Counted from the first letter of the whole stretch, positions 25,212-37,649 are shown. The stretch: 63,440 bases of DNA, filler included, from Chiloscyllium plagiosum (GCF_004010195.1; 4 parts of one record of this genome joined end to end with filler, not necessarily neighbours in it); one strand, 5' to 3'. The notes: generated from the sequence alone by a model not told the origin. Numbers and translations are program-made.

Positions 25212-25688
25212 TGACTACAACGCAAGATTGTAAGAGGTACAGGTGAAATGCTGCTTCACCTGAAAAGACTGTGGGCTCGGATGCCCACTTGTCTGTCCTC
25301 AGCATCCTACATCACAGAGCAAACTAGAGAAACAACATCTCATGTTCAGACTATGCACTTTACAGCCTTCTGGACTTAAATTGAGTTCAACGCCTTCAAA
25401 TTGTGAACCGACTTCCATTTCTCCCCTTTCTTTTATCTTTGCCCCTTATATTCTGTCACAGTGTCTTCTCTCTCCTCCCCCACCCAGTGGGACTGTCTTC
25501 TCTTTCCAGTCTGGCAGTTAGACACACTACTCTCACATTGTGATCACTTAATCTGAACTATCAACATATTTTCTTCACCAGCAGTCTACACCCTACCACT
25601 GCCACCGCGCCCCCCCCCCCCCTCCCCTCCTCGCCTCTCCTCTCAAACAATAGCAAATACTGTCTATTCCATACTTCAGTTCAGCTCC

Positions 25689-25716
25689 CTGAAGAAGGGC
25701 TTATGCCCGAAACGTC
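25689..25716 (+). ncRNA. Hammerhead core, GGGC-stem family
   Basis: CTGAAGA A GGGC TTAT GCCC GAAA CGTC. Confidence 0.78.
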
Positions 25717-26382
25717 GATTCTCCTGTTCCCTGGATGCTGCCTGACCTGCTGCGCTTTTCCAGCAACACATTTCCAGCTCTCTCTCCATGGTTGCTGCCT
25801 GACCCGCTGTGATATCCAGCATTGGTTGTTTTCATTGGGTTTCTATTAGTGCGGTTTTATATTCAAATTCCATTTCTGTAAGGGGTCCTTCCATTTACTG
25901 AACCAGTATTCGTGTGCAAAAAGGACTGGTAAAGCTAAATTATGCCTGAGTAAAATAAATGTTGATGGAACTCTGTCTCCTCCAAACTACCAACGATTTT
26001 CTAGCAAGATCGAACTGGCTGTCAGAGATAAGAGGTATCTTGAGCAAATGCAACTCTTTAGTGCTGTCTGCCTTTGTTTACAGCAATTGCTTGCCTAATG
26101 GCAGCGAAAGGGTTCAACAACAACGCGTTTAAACATGCACACCGATACTGACCGCATTCTTTTTGTAGCCGAGAAGGGTTAGTGTAATGTTTTACAACCA
26201 CTATTGTCGGCCCTTCACTTGGCAGTGGGGGCTGACTGGCCTGGGGGGGTGTGGGTAGGTGGGTGGTCATACCCTTTGACACGCTGTTTGTAAGATGTTT
26301 GTAACAGCCGACGTCAGCGAGCTGGGTTTGTGGGCGGGCAGATGACCAAGGCGAGGGCTGCGGGGACGGTATATTGATAACC

Positions 26383-26497
26383 ATGGCCGCTGGCTTCGTC
26401 GCTCGTTTTCCCAAAGTTTTCTTCAGCAAAAACTTTCCCAAAGCTCTCATCGCATCGAAGAGTCGTCAGGGGCCACGACATGTTTATACACTGACGG
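26383..26497 (+). CDS. Putative first coding exon of a nuclear gene for a mitochondrial protein
   Basis: Strong Kozak accATGG; MAAGFVARFPKVFFSKNFPKALIASKSRQGPRHVYTLT (basic/hydrophobic, no acidic residues); donor G|gtaggt, phase 1. Confidence 0.7.
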
Positions 26498-26787
26498 GTA
26501 GGTAGGGTGGGAGCTGATCTTGGTTTGCTGGGATCTGAGTCTGCACTGAGCAACCATCCGCTAAAATTCACTGGGCTGCAGGTTGAAGTGGAAATTTCCA
26601 CCCTGTGATCTGGAGGTTCGCTTTTCCAGCTACAAAATAAAAAGGACTGCTCTGCCCTTTGATGCGAATGTGCTTCAGAATGCTCAGTAGTGTTTGTTTT
26701 AATGGTTGCACAGGATCTGGTTTGAAATGTGCGATTTTATGCCTTTCGAGCAATTCCATTGGTTCTGAAGCTAAAATCATATAAATC

Positions 26788-26855
26788 ATCATAGAATCCC
26801 CACAGTGTGGAAACAGGCCATTTGACCCAACAAGTCCACACTGACACTCCGAATG
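26788..26855 (-). mobile_element. HE1/CR1-type 3' tail fragment
   Basis: atcatagaatccccacagtgtggaaacaggcc. Confidence 0.7.
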
Positions 26856-27278
26856 TCAAGACTTTCGTTTTTAATACAGATAGTGCATTTCTCAATACTG
26901 ATTTTAAGATGCTCGTGTACTGTAAATTTTCTTTTACTGTCAATTCGGAGTGAGCGGCCAGAGATGATTCGGCACCAACTCAAGAGACATGTCAAAGGGT
27001 TTATTTTTGTATATAGTATTCTATGCTCGCCTGAGCCAAAACCAGCAAAACAATATGCTGCAACGTGGACTTCAGAGTTCAAACGCTTGGATATTCGCGC
27101 GGTTCGACTGGTCTCTCGGAAGATTTGATTGGGTGCGCGCTAGTTAGATTGAGCACCGTTTGATCCCTTTCCCAATCAATCTGATATCGCTCTGGTGCTG
27201 TGTGCAAAACCTGGCAGTAGTCAGCAATGTAAAAACAGGCAAGAGAAGGTGACTACAGCGCGTTGCGACTTTAAACTG

Positions 27279-27368
27279 GTAAAAACAATGACTGCAGATG
27301 CTGGAAACCAGATTCTGGATTAGTGGTGCTGGAAGAGCACAGCAATTCAGGCAGCATCCGGGGACAGG
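27279..27368 (-). mobile_element. PLE pseudo-LTR 3' fragment
   Basis: Reverse complement of ~19108-19196. Confidence 0.8.
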
Positions 27369-27461
27369 CTGGTAGTCAAACTTACCGTTGCACCAGTGTT
27401 GTGGAAATTGAAGTTCTTAATTGTAACCCGATATAATGTGATCGATGATAACTTCCCTCCG

Positions 27462-28617
27462 TTGAATTGAATTGAATTTATTGTCACGTATACGGAGGCA
27501 GTGAAAAGCTTTGTCTTGCGAACAATACAGGCAGATCACACAGTTAAGTAGCATAGATACTAAATAATAATAGGTAAACAGCGACAAAACACAGGTACAG
27601 GCAAATGTTAAGAGTTTGTGAGTCCATTCAGTACTCTAACAACATTAGGATAGAAACTGTTTCTGGATTAGTGGTGCTGGAAGAGCACAGCTGTTCAGGT
27701 AGCATCCAAGGAGCTTTGAAATCGACGTTTCGGGCAAAAGCCCTTCATCAGGAATAAAGGCAGTGAGCCTGAAGCATGAAGAGATAAGCTAAGGGAGGGT
27801 GGGGGTGGGAAGAGAGTAGCATAGAGTACAGTGGGGGAGGAGATGAAGGTGATAGGTCAGGGAGGAGAGGGTGGAGTGGATAGGTGGAAAAGGAGCGAGG
27901 CAGGTCGGACAAGTCCGGACAAGTCATGGGGACAGTGCTGAGCTGGAAGTTTGCCGAACTCTGCTGGTTTAAAGGTGGTCTGGAGTCCGTGTGGGATGAG
28001 TTGGTTACGGAGGCAGGCACTGAGGAAGCAAATGTGGCTGTGGTAGCGAGTTTGTTTCACGACATGGTTGAAGAGCTTCAGGGCAGAGGAAATGACCTGG
28101 GAGTTGCAGTGGGAGAAACTGTTGCAAAACCGGCCGGTGCGTGTGTTCAGACTTCTGTACCATCTCCCCAATGCTAGAGTTTGTAGAAAAACATTGCCAG
28201 GATGGGATGGATCTTTAAGAATGCTGGCGGCCTTTCCTTGACAGTGGGCCTGGTAGATGGATTCTATGGATGGGAGGTTGGCCTTTGTGATTGTCTGGGC
28301 CGAGTTCACCACTCTCTGCAAGTGTCTTCGATCTTGAATGGTACAGTTAGTGATACATCCAGACAGGTAGTGATACATCCAGACAGAATGCTTCTGATGG
28401 TGCACCTATAAAAGTTGCCAAGGGTATTCGCCATCATGCCAAGTTTCCTCAGCTGCCTGAGGAAGAAGAGACGTTGTTGGGCCTTTGTAACCACTGCATC
28501 CACATGAAGAGTCCAAGAAAGCTTGTTGTTGACCACTCCCAGGAGCTTGATACACTTGTTCCACCTCTGTGCTGTTAATGTGTAGAGGGGCATGAGTAAC
28601 ATCCCACCGAAAGTCAA
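27462..28617 (-). mobile_element. Rex1/Babar 3' fragment
   Basis: KAQQRLFFLRQLRKLG; (TTGAA)n tail at 27462; homologous to 24290-25032. Confidence 0.85.
27661..28114 (-). mobile_element. Internally deleted PLE (ORF N-terminus fused to pseudo-LTR); intact hammerhead core at 27724-27751
   Basis: SALKLFNHVVKQTRYHSHICFLSACLRNQLIPHGLQ; gacgtttcgggcaaaagcccttcatcag; repeat gaaactgtt on both sides. Confidence 0.85.
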
Positions 28618-28619
28618 TT

Positions 28620-28930
28620 CCCTCTACATCCCAGCAGGCTGCCTCCAATCCCTACCCCACAAACATTCCTGATAAACCCCAACCCCACCTTGATTTTCAG
28701 TAGACAGACCACCAGAAATCTCATTTCTAATCCCTTTGACCAACTTTAGGAGACAGTCCTTATCTCTGCATACCATCCTGGCCCCTTAGTCCAGGAACTC
28801 CCCACATACATTTGAGACACCATCCATGCCCTCCACCTCCTCCATGAGTTTTGGTTCCCTGGCCCCCAATGCCTCCTTTTCACCATGGACATCTACTCCA
28901 GTACACATCCATCTACCATAATGAAGGCGT
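28620..28930 (+). mobile_element. PLE RT fragment
   Basis: LLFTMDI-like motif (ctccttttcaccatggacatc). Confidence 0.65.
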
Positions 28931-28959
28931 GTTACAGAGGCCAGCCTTGGTCCTCAGTC

Positions 28960-29170
28960 TGAGGTAGCGTACTCAACCCTGAATCAGAAAGCTGTGGGTT
29001 CCAGGTCCAAGTGGAGCATATAGTACAAGCTAGCAAGGGAGTGCTGCTCTGTCCACCCAGCTGTCTCTCAGCTATTTCAACAAAACTATGACTGTCCTGT
29101 AAGGTAGATGTAAAGGATCCCATGGCACTATTTGAAAATAAACGTTCAGAGAGTTCTCCTGGTGTTGTTT
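28960..29170 (+). mobile_element. Deu-domain SINE (AmnSINE1/SacSINE1-like) remnant
   Basis: gatgtaaaggatcccatggcactatttgaa...gagttctcctggtgt resembles the Deu core as recalled. Confidence 0.65.
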
Positions 29171-29308
29171 AGCTCTGATCAGACAAGGCGTTTTGTGAAA
29201 ATTGGCTGAACCACCTTTTCATAGATTGCAGCAGTTCATATTCTCCAAAATAACACTTTGGCTCTGGAATGCCAAAAAACATCTCGAGTTTGTGAAATAG
29301 TGTATGTA

Positions 29309-29524
29309 GCTGAAAATGTGTTGCTGGAAAAGCGCAGCAGGTCAGGCAGCATCCAGGGAACAGGAGAATCGACATTTCGGGCATAAGCCCTTCTTCAGGA
29401 AGAAGGGCTTATGCCCGAAACGTCAATTCTCCTGTTCCCTGGATGCTGCCTGACCTTCTGCGCTTTTCCAGCAACACATTTTCAGCTCTGATCTCCAGCA
29501 TCTGCAGACCTCACTTTCTCCTCC
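29309..29524. mobile_element. PLE fold-back mini element
   Basis: Arms ~29308-29396 and ~29399-29487 form an almost loopless hairpin; TSD aaatagtgtatgta at 29295-29308 and 29525-29538. Confidence 0.92.
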
Positions 29525-30431
29525 AAATAGTGTATGTACACAAATTCACTTCCTTCCTTTCTCTGTCTTTCCTATGTGTAATTACACATTCTTTCTCTCT
29601 GTTTTAAGATGATTTATCTATTAATTAATACTATCTGGAATTTACTCCCTTGCTAGTCTGTACTATGTGCCTCTATTTGCTGGGTTGGATTCTGAGCCCA
29701 CAGCTCTCTAATTTAGGAATGGTACTGCCTGAATGTTCCAGGTCTGGAGAAAATTATGTCATTGAAATTGGAGAGCATGATTAAGCTTGCCTATGTTCTG
29801 CAGACACTAAGATCTTCAATGAATAAGATGTGGAAGCATTCAGAAATATGTTCTTGACTATTTTTTAAAATGGATTTAATGTCATTTCTGAAGATGCATG
29901 TCCATGCATCCTTGAAGGTGGCAGGATAGTAGACAAGGTGATTAAGGAGGTGCCTGGGATATTTGACAATGCATTGAATACAAAAACAAGGAGACTATGA
30001 TAACATCAGTTAGGCCACAGCTGGAGTACAATATGCAGTTCTGGTCACCACTGTAGGGAAAATGTGATTGCACTGGAGATTGTGCAGAAGAGATTCACCA
30101 GAATGTTAAACAAAACAAATTGCTGGAGAAGCTCAGCAGATCTTACAGCATTTGTGAAGAGAAAGGAGAGTTAACATTTTTAGTCCGGAATCAATTCATC
30201 AGAACTCATGGGAATGTTGCCTGAGAGACTAGATAGGCTAGATGTCCCCCAAACAGTAGTCTGGATGTCGGATGTAAGTTAAATCAGGAGCTGAAATTGG
30301 CCTGTCGTGAAGATGTCAGGGGATTTTACCATGCAGGTAGACTGGGAGAATCAGGATGGTATTGGGCCTCAAGAAAGAGACTTTGTGGAGTGCCTCAGAG
30401 ATGGATTCTTGGAGCAGCTGGTGCTGGAGCC

Positions 30432-30531
30432 NNNNNNNNNNNNNNNNNNNNNNNNNNNNNNNNNNNNNNNNNNNNTTAATTAATTAANNNNNNNNNNNNN
30501 NNNNNNNNNNNNNNNNNNNNNNNNNNNNNNN
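30432..30531. other. Artificial 100-nt spacer N44-TTAATTAATTAA-N44 (also at 42320-42419 and 59272-59371)
   Basis: Identical all-frame-stop linker centred in N runs three times. Confidence 0.92.
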
Positions 30532-31701
30532 GGGACCGCAGTTTTTTACAATATATGTTAATGATATAGAATATGGTATTAGTAATAACATTAGCAAATT
30601 TGCTGATGATACAAAGCTGGGTGGCAGGGTGAAAAGTGTTGAGGATGTTAGGAGATTACAGGGTGACCTGGACAGGTTAGGTGAGTGGTCAGATGCATGG
30701 CAGATGCAGTTTAATGTGGATAAATGTATGGTTATCCACTTTGGTGGCCAGAACAGGAAGGCAGATTACTACCTCAATGGAATCAATTTATGTAAAGGGG
30801 TAGTACAGAGAGATCTGGGTGTTCTTGTACACCAGTCAATGAAGGTAAGCATGCAGGTAGTGAAGAAGGCTAATAGCATGCTGGCCTTCATAACAAGAGG
30901 AATTGAGTATAGAAGCAGAGGTGCTTCTGCAGCTGTACAGGGCCCTGGTGAGACCACACCTGGAGTACTGTGTGCAGTTCTGGTCTTCAAATTTGAGAAA
31001 AGACATTCTGGCTATTGAGGGAGTGCAGCGTAGATTCACGAGGTCAATTCCTGGAATGGCAGGATTACCTTACACTGAAAGACTGAAGCGACTGGGCTTG
31101 TATACCCTTGAGTTTCGAAGACTGAGAGGGGAATCTGATTGAGGCGTATAAGATTATGAAAGGATTGGACACTCTAGCAGTAGGAAGCATATTTCTACTG
31201 ATGGGTGAATGCCGAACCAGAGGACACAGCTTAAAAATACGGGGTAGACCATTTAGGACAGAGCTCAGGAGAAACATCTTCACCCAGAGAGTGGTGGCTG
31301 TGTGGAATGCTCTGCCCCAAAGGGCAGTGGAGGCCCACTCTCTGGATTCATTTAAGAAAGAGTTGGATAGAGCTCTCAAAGATAGTGGAATCCAGGGTTA
31401 TGGAGATAAGGCAGGAACAGGATACTGATTAGGAATGATCAGTCATGATTATATTGAATGGCGGTGCAGGCTCGAAGGGCTGAATGGCCTACTCCTGCAC
31501 CTATTGTCTATTGTCCAGACTCGTTTTCCTTAGAGCAGAGAGGCTGAGGGGGAATCTGATTAGCGTATACAATGTTCTGAGGGGCATCAGCAAAGTAAAT
31601 AGGGAGAAACAGTTTCCTTTAGGAGAGGGGGCACAGTTTTAAAAGAAAGAGCAGGACTTTTAGAGGAGATTTGAAGAAAATATTATTTACATAAATGTGT
31701 T

Positions 31702-32250
31702 TGTTAGTGTTTTAAAAAATTCTCAAGGTCAGGTTCGTAGGAGAGTAGTCTGACACAGAACAAACGACCAAGAGGCGAGTCTGCTAGAATATGAGCATTT
31801 TATTCCCCGCAGCGTCGCCACAACCAGGTCTCATACTTACAACGGGTCTGGCTTATACTCACTCTACATGTTACCGGAACTGGGAGCCGTCAGTTCTCGT
31901 AGAGCGGTTGCCAACAACCCACGCTCGGCGGTTAAACGTAACCCTGGAGCAGACTCACCGAACTGGAGACTTTTCCAGCTGATATACTCTTTTCCAGATA
32001 TAAACATTCATGTGAACAGCAGAGCAAGGCTAAAAAACACATTCCATTCTGGTTACATACAGATAAGAAGATTCACACGGGGAGGTGTGTAATAAGATTC
32101 ACACGGGACTAAGCAACACCTCCATTCCGGTTAGATTCACACATGTATTGGGACATAATTTTTAACCGTTTCACCACATTCCACTGCTTGGCCCAATACA
32201 TGTGTTACATTATGATTCACACATGTATTGGGACATAATTTTACACCACA
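31702..32250 (-). mobile_element. Young solo LTR (TG...CA), ERV/Gypsy-like
   Basis: Minus strand TGTGGTG...CACTAACA with AATAAA near 31800; CpG-rich; internal direct repeats; interrupts a CR1 3' segment. Confidence 0.72.
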
Positions 32251-32775
32251 GTTAGAAACTGAAACTCACTGCCTGAAGTGATAGTACAGGTGACAGCATC
32301 TAAGATATTTCAGAGGTACATAGATGACCACTTGATATGCTGGAACATACAAGGCTAAGAGCCAAGTGCTGGAAAATGGGATTAGAATAGATGAATGTTT
32401 GATGACCAGTGCAGGTGAGAAGAGCCAAAGGGGCTCTTTCTGTGCTGTTAAAGCTCTATGACTCAGTATCATGTCCCACTAAAATGATACCTTCTAAGAC
32501 TTTCAGAAAAGTGAAGACAATATGTGCATTTCCTTAAAAGCAATGTAATATGGATGCTGGAGATCTGAAATAAAAACAGAAAGTACTAGAGAAATCAACT
32601 GGCAGCAACTGGGGAGAGAGAAACAGAATTAATGTTTGAAGTCCCTATAATCCTTCTTCAGAACTCCAACGAGATCAGATGCGGGTAAGAAACCAGAAGG
32701 AAGAAGCTGGTAGAGGGAGAATATTGGAGATCAATTAAAAAGGTCCATGCAGTGGAGAGGATCCACAAAATTCGT

Positions 32776-33055
32776 GGGCGGCACGGTGGCACAGCAGTTA
32801 GCACTGCTGCCTCACAGCGCCAGAGACCCGGGTTCAATTCCCGCCTCAGGCGACTGACTGTGTGGAGTTTGCACATTCTCCCTGTGTCTGCGTGGGTTTC
32901 CTCCGGGTCCTCCCACACTCCAAAGATGTGCAGGTCAGGTGAATTGGCCATGCTAAATTGCCCGTAGTGTTATGGGTGGAGTGCGCTTCGGCGGGGCGGT
33001 GTGGACTTGTTGGGCCGAAGGGCCTGTTTCCACACTGTAAGTAATCTAATCTAAA
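32776..33055 (+). mobile_element. HE1-like V-SINE
   Basis: A/B boxes, V-domain, (aatct)n tail. Confidence 0.9.
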
Positions 33056-33079
33056 AAAATTGAGCTCAGAGGTGAAAAT

Positions 33080-33830
33080 GACAGAAAATGTGTGCTGGAA
33101 AAGCACAGCCGGTCAGGCAGCACCCGAGGAGCAGGAATGTTGGCACTTCATGCATTTGCTCTTCATCAGGAATGAGGTGGAGGACCAAGGGGGCTGAGAG
33201 ATNNNNNNNNNNNNNNNNNNNNNNNNNNNNNNNNNNNNNNNNNNNNNNNNNNNNNNNNNNNNNNNNNNNNNNNNNNNNNNNNNNNNNNNNNNNNNNNNNN
33301 NNNNNNNNNNNNNNNNNNNNNNNNNNNNNNNNNNNNNNNNNNNNNNNNNNNNNNNNNNNNNNNNNNNNNNGGGGGTATGGCAATAAGTCAAAGAGGAGGG
33401 TAGTGCGGATAGGTGGGAAGGGAGATAGACAGGTCGGAGAGTTAAAGAGGGCAGTGCCAAGTTAGAGGGTTGGATAAAGTGGGGGCAGGGGAAATGAGGA
33501 AACTGGTGAATTTGATTCCATGTGGTTGGAGGATCCCAAGGCGGAAGATGAGGCTTTCTTCCTTCAGACGTCAGGTGGCGGTGGAGGAGGCCAAGGACTT
33601 GCATGTCCTTGGCGGAATGGGAGGGGGAGATGAAGTGGTTGGCCACAGGCCGGTAGAGTTGATTAGTGACTGTGTCCCAGAGAAGTTCTTTGAAACATTC
33701 CACAAGTTGGCATGCTGTCTCCCCAATGTACAGGAGACCACATCAAGAACGACGGACACGGTAGATGACCACAGTAGATGAATACAGGTAAATCTCTGTC
33801 TTATATGGGAGGATCCGACAGAGGCTCATG
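33080..33830 (-). mobile_element. PLE 3' part (GIY-YIG end + pseudo-LTR), gap inside
   Basis: RPVANHFISPSHSAKDMQVLGL; degenerate hammerhead near 33150-33170. Confidence 0.8.
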
Positions 33831-34004
33831 ATGTGGTCATTAAAATAGTCTGTGACTTTTTTACATTGGAGCATTGGAGGTTGAGTGTTGATCTTATAGA
33901 AGTTTACAAAATCATGCACAGCATAGATAAAGTAGATAGCAAAGGTCATACCCCTAAGATGGACGAGTTCAAAACTAGGGAGCATATTCTTAAGGTGAGA
34001 AGAG

Positions 34005-36950
34005 CAAATTCTATGCATCTAAATTGGAAGAGGACTAATATACTGGCAGGGAGATTTGTTAGAGCTGCTCGGGAGGATTTAAACTCGTAAGGTGGGGGTG
34101 TGGGACTCAGGGAGATGGTGAGGAAAAAGATCAACCTAAGATTGGTACAGTTGAGAACAGAAACGAGTCGAACAGTCAGGGCAGGCAGGTACAAGGTAGG
34201 ACTAATAGATTAAACTGCATTTATTTCAATGCAAGGGGCCTAAAAGGGAAGGCAGATGAACTCAGGGCATGGTTAGGAACATGGGACTGGGATATCATAG
34301 CAATTACAGAAACATGGCTCAGGGATGGACAGGACTGGCAGCTTAATGTTTCAGGACACAAATGCTACAGGAATGATAGAAAGGGAGGCAAGAGAATAGG
34401 GGAAGTGGCATTTTTGATAAGGGATAGCATTACAGCTGTGCTGAGGGAGGATATTCCTGGAAATACATCCAGGGAAGTTATTTGGGTGGAACTAAGAAAT
34501 AAGAAAGGGATGATCACTTTATTGGGACTGTATTATAGACCTCTAATAGTCAGAGGGAAATTGAGAATCAAACTTGTAAGGAGATCTCAGCTATCTGTAA
34601 GAATAATAGGGTAGTTATGGTAGGGGATTTTAACTTTCCAAACATTAGACTGGGATTGCCATATTGTTAAGGGTTTAGATGGAGAGGAATTTGTTAAAAG
34701 TGTGTACAAGAACATTTTCTGATTCAGTATGTGGATGTACCTACTAGAGAAAGTGCAAAACTTGACCTACTCTTGGGAAATAAGGCAGGGCAGGTGACTG
34801 AGGTGTCTATGGGGGAGCACTTTGTGGCCAGCGACCATAATTCTATTAGATTTAAAATAATGATGGAAAAGGATAGCCCAGATCTAAAAGTTGAATTCTA
34901 AATTGAAGCAAGGCCAATTTAGACGGCATTAGGCAAGAACTTTCAAAAGCTGATTGGGGACAGATGTTCACAGGTAAAGGGATGGCTGGAAAGAATAGGG
35001 CCCCTCAAAGATCAGCAAGGTGGCCTTTGTGTGGAGCCGCAGAAAATTGGGGAGATACTAAATGAATATTTTGCATCAGTATTTACTGTGGAAAAGGACG
35101 TGGAAGATACAGAAAGTAGCAAAATAGATGGTGACACCTTGCAAAATGTCTATATTACAGAGGAGGAAGTGCTGGATGTCTTGAAATGCATAAAGGTGGG
35201 TAAATCCCCAGGACTTGATCAGGTGTACCCTAGAACTCTGTGGGAAGCTAGAGATGTGATTGCTGGGCCTCTTGCTGAGATATTTGTATCATCGATAGGC
35301 ACAGATGAGATGCTAGAAGACTGGAGGTTGGCTAATGTGGTGCCATTCTTTAAGTAGGATAGTAAGGACAAGCCAGGGAACTACAGACCAGTGAACGGTG
35401 GTGGGCAAGTTGTTGGAGGGAATCCTGAGGGACAGGATGTACAACTATTTGGAAAGGCAAGGACTGAGTAAGGATAGTCGACATGGCCCTGTGCATGGGA
35501 AATCATGTCTCACCAACTTGATTGAGTTTTTTGAAGAAGTAACAAAGGATTGATGAGGGCAGAGCGGTAGATGTGATCTATATAGACTTCAGTAAGGCGT
35601 TCGACAAGGTTCCCCATGGGAGACTGGTTCTCAAGGCTAGATCTCATGGAATACAGGGAGAAGTAGCCATTTGGATACAGAACTGGCTCAAAGGTAGAAA
35701 ACAGAGGGTGGTGGTGGAAGGTTGTTTTCTCAGACTGGAGGCCTGTGACCAGTAGAGTGCCACAAGGATCAGTGCTGGGTCCTCTATTTTTTGTCATTTA
35801 TATAAATGATTTGGATGCAAGTGTAAGAGGTACAGTTAGTAAGTTTGCAGATGACACCAAAATTGGAGGTGTCGTGGACAGCGAAGAGGGTTACCTTAGA
35901 TTACAACAGGATCTGGACCAGATGGGCCAATGGGCTGAGAAGTGGCAGATGGAGTTTAATTCAGATAAATGCAAGGTGCTGCATTTTGGGAAAGCAAATC
36001 TTAGCAGGACTTATACACTTAATGTAAGGTCCTAGGGAGTGTTGCTGAATAAAGAAACCTTGGAGTGCAGATTCATAGCTCCTTGAAAGTGGAGTCACAG
36101 GTAGATAGGATAGCGAAGAAGGCATTTGGTATGCTTTCTTTTATTGATCAGAGTATTGAGTACAGGAGATTGGTTAAGCCACTGTTGGAATATTGTGTGC
36201 AATTCTGGTCTCCTTCCTATCGGAAAGATGTTGTGAAACTTGAAAGGGTTCAGAAAAGATTTACAAGGATGTTGCCAGGGTTGGAGGATTTGAGCTATGG
36301 GGAGAGGCGGAACAGGCTGGGGCTGTTTTCCCTGGAGCGTTGGAGGCTGAGGTGACCTTATAGAGGTTTTCAATATTATGAGAGGCATGGATAGGATAAA
36401 TAGACAAAGTCTTTTCCTTGGTGTCGGGGAGTCCAGAACTAGAGGGCATAGGTTTAGGGTGAGAGGGGAAAGATATAAAAGAGACCTAAGGGACAACCTT
36501 TTCACGCAGAGCATGGTACATTTATGGAATGAGCTGCCAGAGGAAGTGGTGGAGGCTGGTGCATTTGCAACATTTAAAAGGCATTTGGATGGGTATATGA
36601 ATAGGAAGGGTTTGGAGGGATATGGGCCGGGTGATGGCAGGTGGGACTAGATTGTGTTGGGACATCTGGTCAGCATGGACAGGTTGGACTGAAGGGTATG
36701 TTTCCATGCTGTACATCTCTATGACTCTATCGCTGTATGACATGAGGGGCAACGTTTTTACACAGAGAGTGGTTCGAGGAGGTGGTGAATCCAGGTACAG
36801 TTACAATGATTAAAAGACATTTGGATAAGTACATGAATAGGAAAGGTTTGGGTCAAATGCAGGCAGGTGGAACTAGTTTAGTTTGGGAACATGGTCGGTG
36901 TGAAGTATTTCGACCAAAGGGTTTATTTCCATGCTCTCTAGCTCTATGAA
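34005..36950 (+). mobile_element. CR1 LINE (ORF1 end + ORF2 with internal deletion + tail), plus a second 3' stub
   Basis: [48 protein letters not shown]; tail ctctatgactctat near 36730. Confidence 0.92.
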
Positions 36951-36959
36951 TCTTGTAGA

Positions 36960-37648
36960 TGGAAAAACTGCTGTTCCCACCCATTGGTGACAGAGGGGAT
37001 GATTGATTGTGGATGTGGTACCAGTGAAGGAGGCTGCTTTGTTCTGGATGGCGTTAAGGTTTTCGAGTGTTGTTGGAGCTGCACTCATCCAGACGTTGGG
37101 AGAATATTCCATTATACTTCTGATTTTTGCCTTGGAGATGGTGTGTGGGCTTTGAGGAGTTAGGAACTGAGTTATCCACCGCAGGGTTTCTCGCCTGTGA
37201 CTGCTCTTGAAATCACAGTATTTTTGTAGATGATCCAGTTCAGTTTCTTGTCAATGGTGATCCCCAAGATATTGATAGTGGTGGAATTGGTGATGGTAAT
37301 GGTATAGACTGTCAAGGGTCAATGGTTAGTTTCTCTCTTATTGGAGATGGAAATTGCCTGGCATTTGTATGGCACAAAAGTTACTTGCCACTTGTCAGCT
37401 CAAGCCTGCATATTGTCTAGATCTTGCTACACTTGGACCTGGGCTGCTTCAGTATCTGAGGAGTTGCGAATGATACTGAACATTGTGCAGTCATTGGCAA
37501 ACATCCCCAGTTCTGATTTTATGCTGAATGGAAGGTCATTGACAAAGCCGCTGAAAGTGGTTGGGCAAAGGACACTACCCTGAGGAACTCCTGCAGAGAT
37601 GACCTGGAGTTGAGATGATTGACTCCCAACAACCTCAGCCATCTTAGA
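36960..37648 (-). mobile_element. L2-like LINE RT fragment
   Basis: [13 protein letters not shown]...FANDCTMF; MEYSPNVWMSAAP. Confidence 0.78.
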
Positions 37649-37649
37649 G

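Larger units (their letters stand above)
21415..25835 (-). mobile_element. Near-complete degenerate Penelope-like element (RT + GIY-YIG) with inverted pseudo-LTRs
   Basis: GIY-YIG LVYCVHCTQCGLPYIGETKRRL (21475-21744); RT LFTMDVQSLNTSMPH and IKPNNKGGATVVW; pseudo-LTR on - at 25080-25211 and on + at ~25300-25835. Confidence 0.88.
26060..27270. promoter_or_regulatory. CpG-rich promoter region
   Basis: Non-repetitive and visibly CpG-dense against a depleted background; CRE-like gacgtca 26310-26316, GC box 26332-26337, CCAAT motifs near 27128 and 27172. Confidence 0.7.
29890..32465 (+). mobile_element. CR1 fragments; a younger CR1 (30241-31516, with gap), a PLE fragment (30108-30206, -) and an LTR are nested inside
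   Basis: SKFADDTKLGG, RPHLEYCVQFWS; tail ctattgtctattg at ~31500-31515. Confidence 0.85.

Noticed and set aside
26058..26450. 130-aa minus ORF over the CpG region
   Set aside because: Probably an antisense shadow of GC-rich exon 1; no motifs.
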